The notes under the pieces: model-generated | Told to the model about the DNA's origin: nothing | Database searches by the model: none | What the model saw: only the letters and a program-made list of their open reading frames with translations | In this document: piece by piece, positions 33,478 to 34,601 of the stretch | Layout: every line of letters begins with the position of its first letter | How positions within the stretch are numbered: position 1 is the first letter of the stretch | Assembly: GCA_030649735.1 (NCBI GenBank) | Contig: JAUSFL010000038.1 | Span: 1 to 34,601 of the forward strand | Direction of reading: 5' to 3' | DNA: 34,601 bases | Origin: Candidatus Iainarchaeum sp. | GTDB taxonomy: Archaea; Iainarchaeota; Iainarchaeia; Iainarchaeales; UBA10191 | Made by a program: the position numbers and the translations under genes

Positions 33478-34551
33478 GTGTTGCATTTGGTTGATATTCA
33501 AAAGTATTTGGCGGAAAATTCAGGCATTGTAGACAAGGAAATCGACAAGTTGATTCCACACAAGATTTCTGAAGAATGGCTGAATGAAGTCTTGGGAAAG
33601 GCAGACTACAAGTATGATGTTGAAAGCATTCAAAGAGCGCTCATTGACCCATTATGGGATTTGATAGATAGGGGCGGAAAGCGCTGGAGACCAGTCTTAA
33701 TGCTATTGTGCGCCGAGGCAGTTGGCGGCAATCCAGAAAAAGTGAAAGAATTCACTGTACTTCCTGAACTAATCCATAATGCAACCTTAGTTGAAGATGA
33801 CATTGAAGACTGCTCAGACCTCAGGAGAGGAAAGCCTTGCACTTACAAGCTTTTCGGGCTTGATGTTTCAGTCAATGTCGGCAGTGCAATGTACATTTTG
33901 CCTAACATAATGATGTACAAGAACACGAAAAAATTGGATGATGCAACAAAATGCAAAATTTATGACATTACTTGGGAAGAGCTGCTCAGAGTTCACACTG
34001 GCCAGTCTTCAGACATTTACTGGCATAGGGGAAACAAGTTGAATGTTTCAGAAGCAGAGTATTTACAAATGTGCGTTAACAAGACGGGCGTGCTTGCGAG
34101 GTATTCCTGCAAGCTTGGAGCAATCTTGGGAAAGGGAAAGCAGGAGCAAATTGACGCTTTGGGAAAGTTCGGGGAAAGCATTGGAGTCGCTTTCCAAATA
34201 CAAGATGACATATTGAACCTTGTTGGAGAAGAGTTCCAAAAAGGAAAAGGCGTTGGGGAAGACATTCATGAGGGAAAAAGGACCTTGATGGTCATTAAGA
34301 CTTTGGAGAAGGCAGACCCTAAAGACAAAATCCGCCTTGCGGAAATAATGAACGACCATCCTGAAGACCAAAAGACAATTGATGAAGCAATTGCAATAAT
34401 CAAGAAGTACAAGACCATAGAGTACGCGCGGGAAAAGGCAAACAAAATCGTGAAAGACGCGTGGGTAAAAGTCGACAAGGTTTTGCCAGAATCAAAAGCG
34501 AAAGGAATCATGAAAGACTTTGCAGACTTCATGGTTGACAGGAAAATCTAA
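33478..34551 (+). CDS. idsA: Polyprenyl diphosphate synthase (GGPP synthase, IdsA-like)
   Basis: GGKRWRP, EDDIEDCSDLRRG (FARM), GQ, KTG, FQIQDDILN (SARM), EDIHEGKRT. Confidence 0.92.
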   Translation: MLHLVDIQKYLAENSGIVDKEIDKLIPHKISEEWLNEVLGKADYKYDVESIQRALIDPLWDLIDRGGKRWRPVLMLLCAEAVGGNPEKVKEFTVLPELIHNATLVEDDIEDCSDLRRGKPCTYKLFGLDVSVNVGSAMYILPNIMMYKNTKKLDDATKCKIYDITWEELLRVHTGQSSDIYWHRGNKLNVSEAEYLQMCVNKTGVLARYSCKLGAILGKGKQEQIDALGKFGESIGVAFQIQDDILNLVGEEFQKGKGVGEDIHEGKRTLMVIKTLEKADPKDKIRLAEIMNDHPEDQKTIDEAIAIIKKYKTIEYAREKANKIVKDAWVKVDKVLPESKAKGIMKDFADFMVDRKI

Positions 34552-34601
34552 ATGCAGCTTTTAGAGCTTTAAATCCAGCTGTTCCCTGACTTCCTGCTTT
34601 G

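Noticed and set aside
1-34601. tRNA, rRNA, transposase or integrase genes
   Set aside because: None recognised by eye; the intergenic gaps are short and AT-rich. tRNAscan-SE and Infernal would be needed to exclude small RNAs.

Overview
Archaeal DNA, probably DPANN. Evidence: GGTGA-type Shine-Dalgarno motifs, BRE/TATA promoters, archaeal TrpRS, a RAD55/KaiC-like ATPase and an archaeal-type polyprenyl synthase; the exact taxon cannot be determined here. Housekeeping-like flanks are an aminotransferase, ABC exporter, MazG and CYTH on the left, and HAD/Nudix hydrolases, a RelE-like TA pair and a GGPP synthase on the right. They enclose an accessory region of about 22 kb. Its most striking feature is an exact 11-mer, TTAGGCACTAC, found 7 times on the + strand (6100, 6839, 9908, 14765, 22602, 23517, 24446), always at a gene boundary. 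The repeats cut the region into functionally self-contained modules: (i) one membrane protein; (ii) a RiPP cluster with radical SAM/SPASM, GT4 glycosyltransferase, frameshifted GNAT and an unannotated 45-aa Cys/Gly/Ser-rich precursor; (iii) a puromycin-pathway-like operon with Gfo/Idh/MocA, DegT aminotransferase, a Nudix fused to a degenerate TrpRS, and an intact TrpRS; (iv) a wHTH regulator with FIST, adenylating ligase, UbiA, LuxC-like reductase, V4R and KaiC; (v, vi) two single wHTH-regulator genes. A polymorphic toxin/immunity pair follows the last repeat. The layout resembles a cassette array of conflict and signalling modules, but no recombinase is visible in the window. A second shared element, TTAATAT-N6-GGTTGA-N7-TCAACC, sits upstream of both the aminonucleoside-like operon and the toxin gene. 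All function calls come from motif reading by eye; no database search was run.
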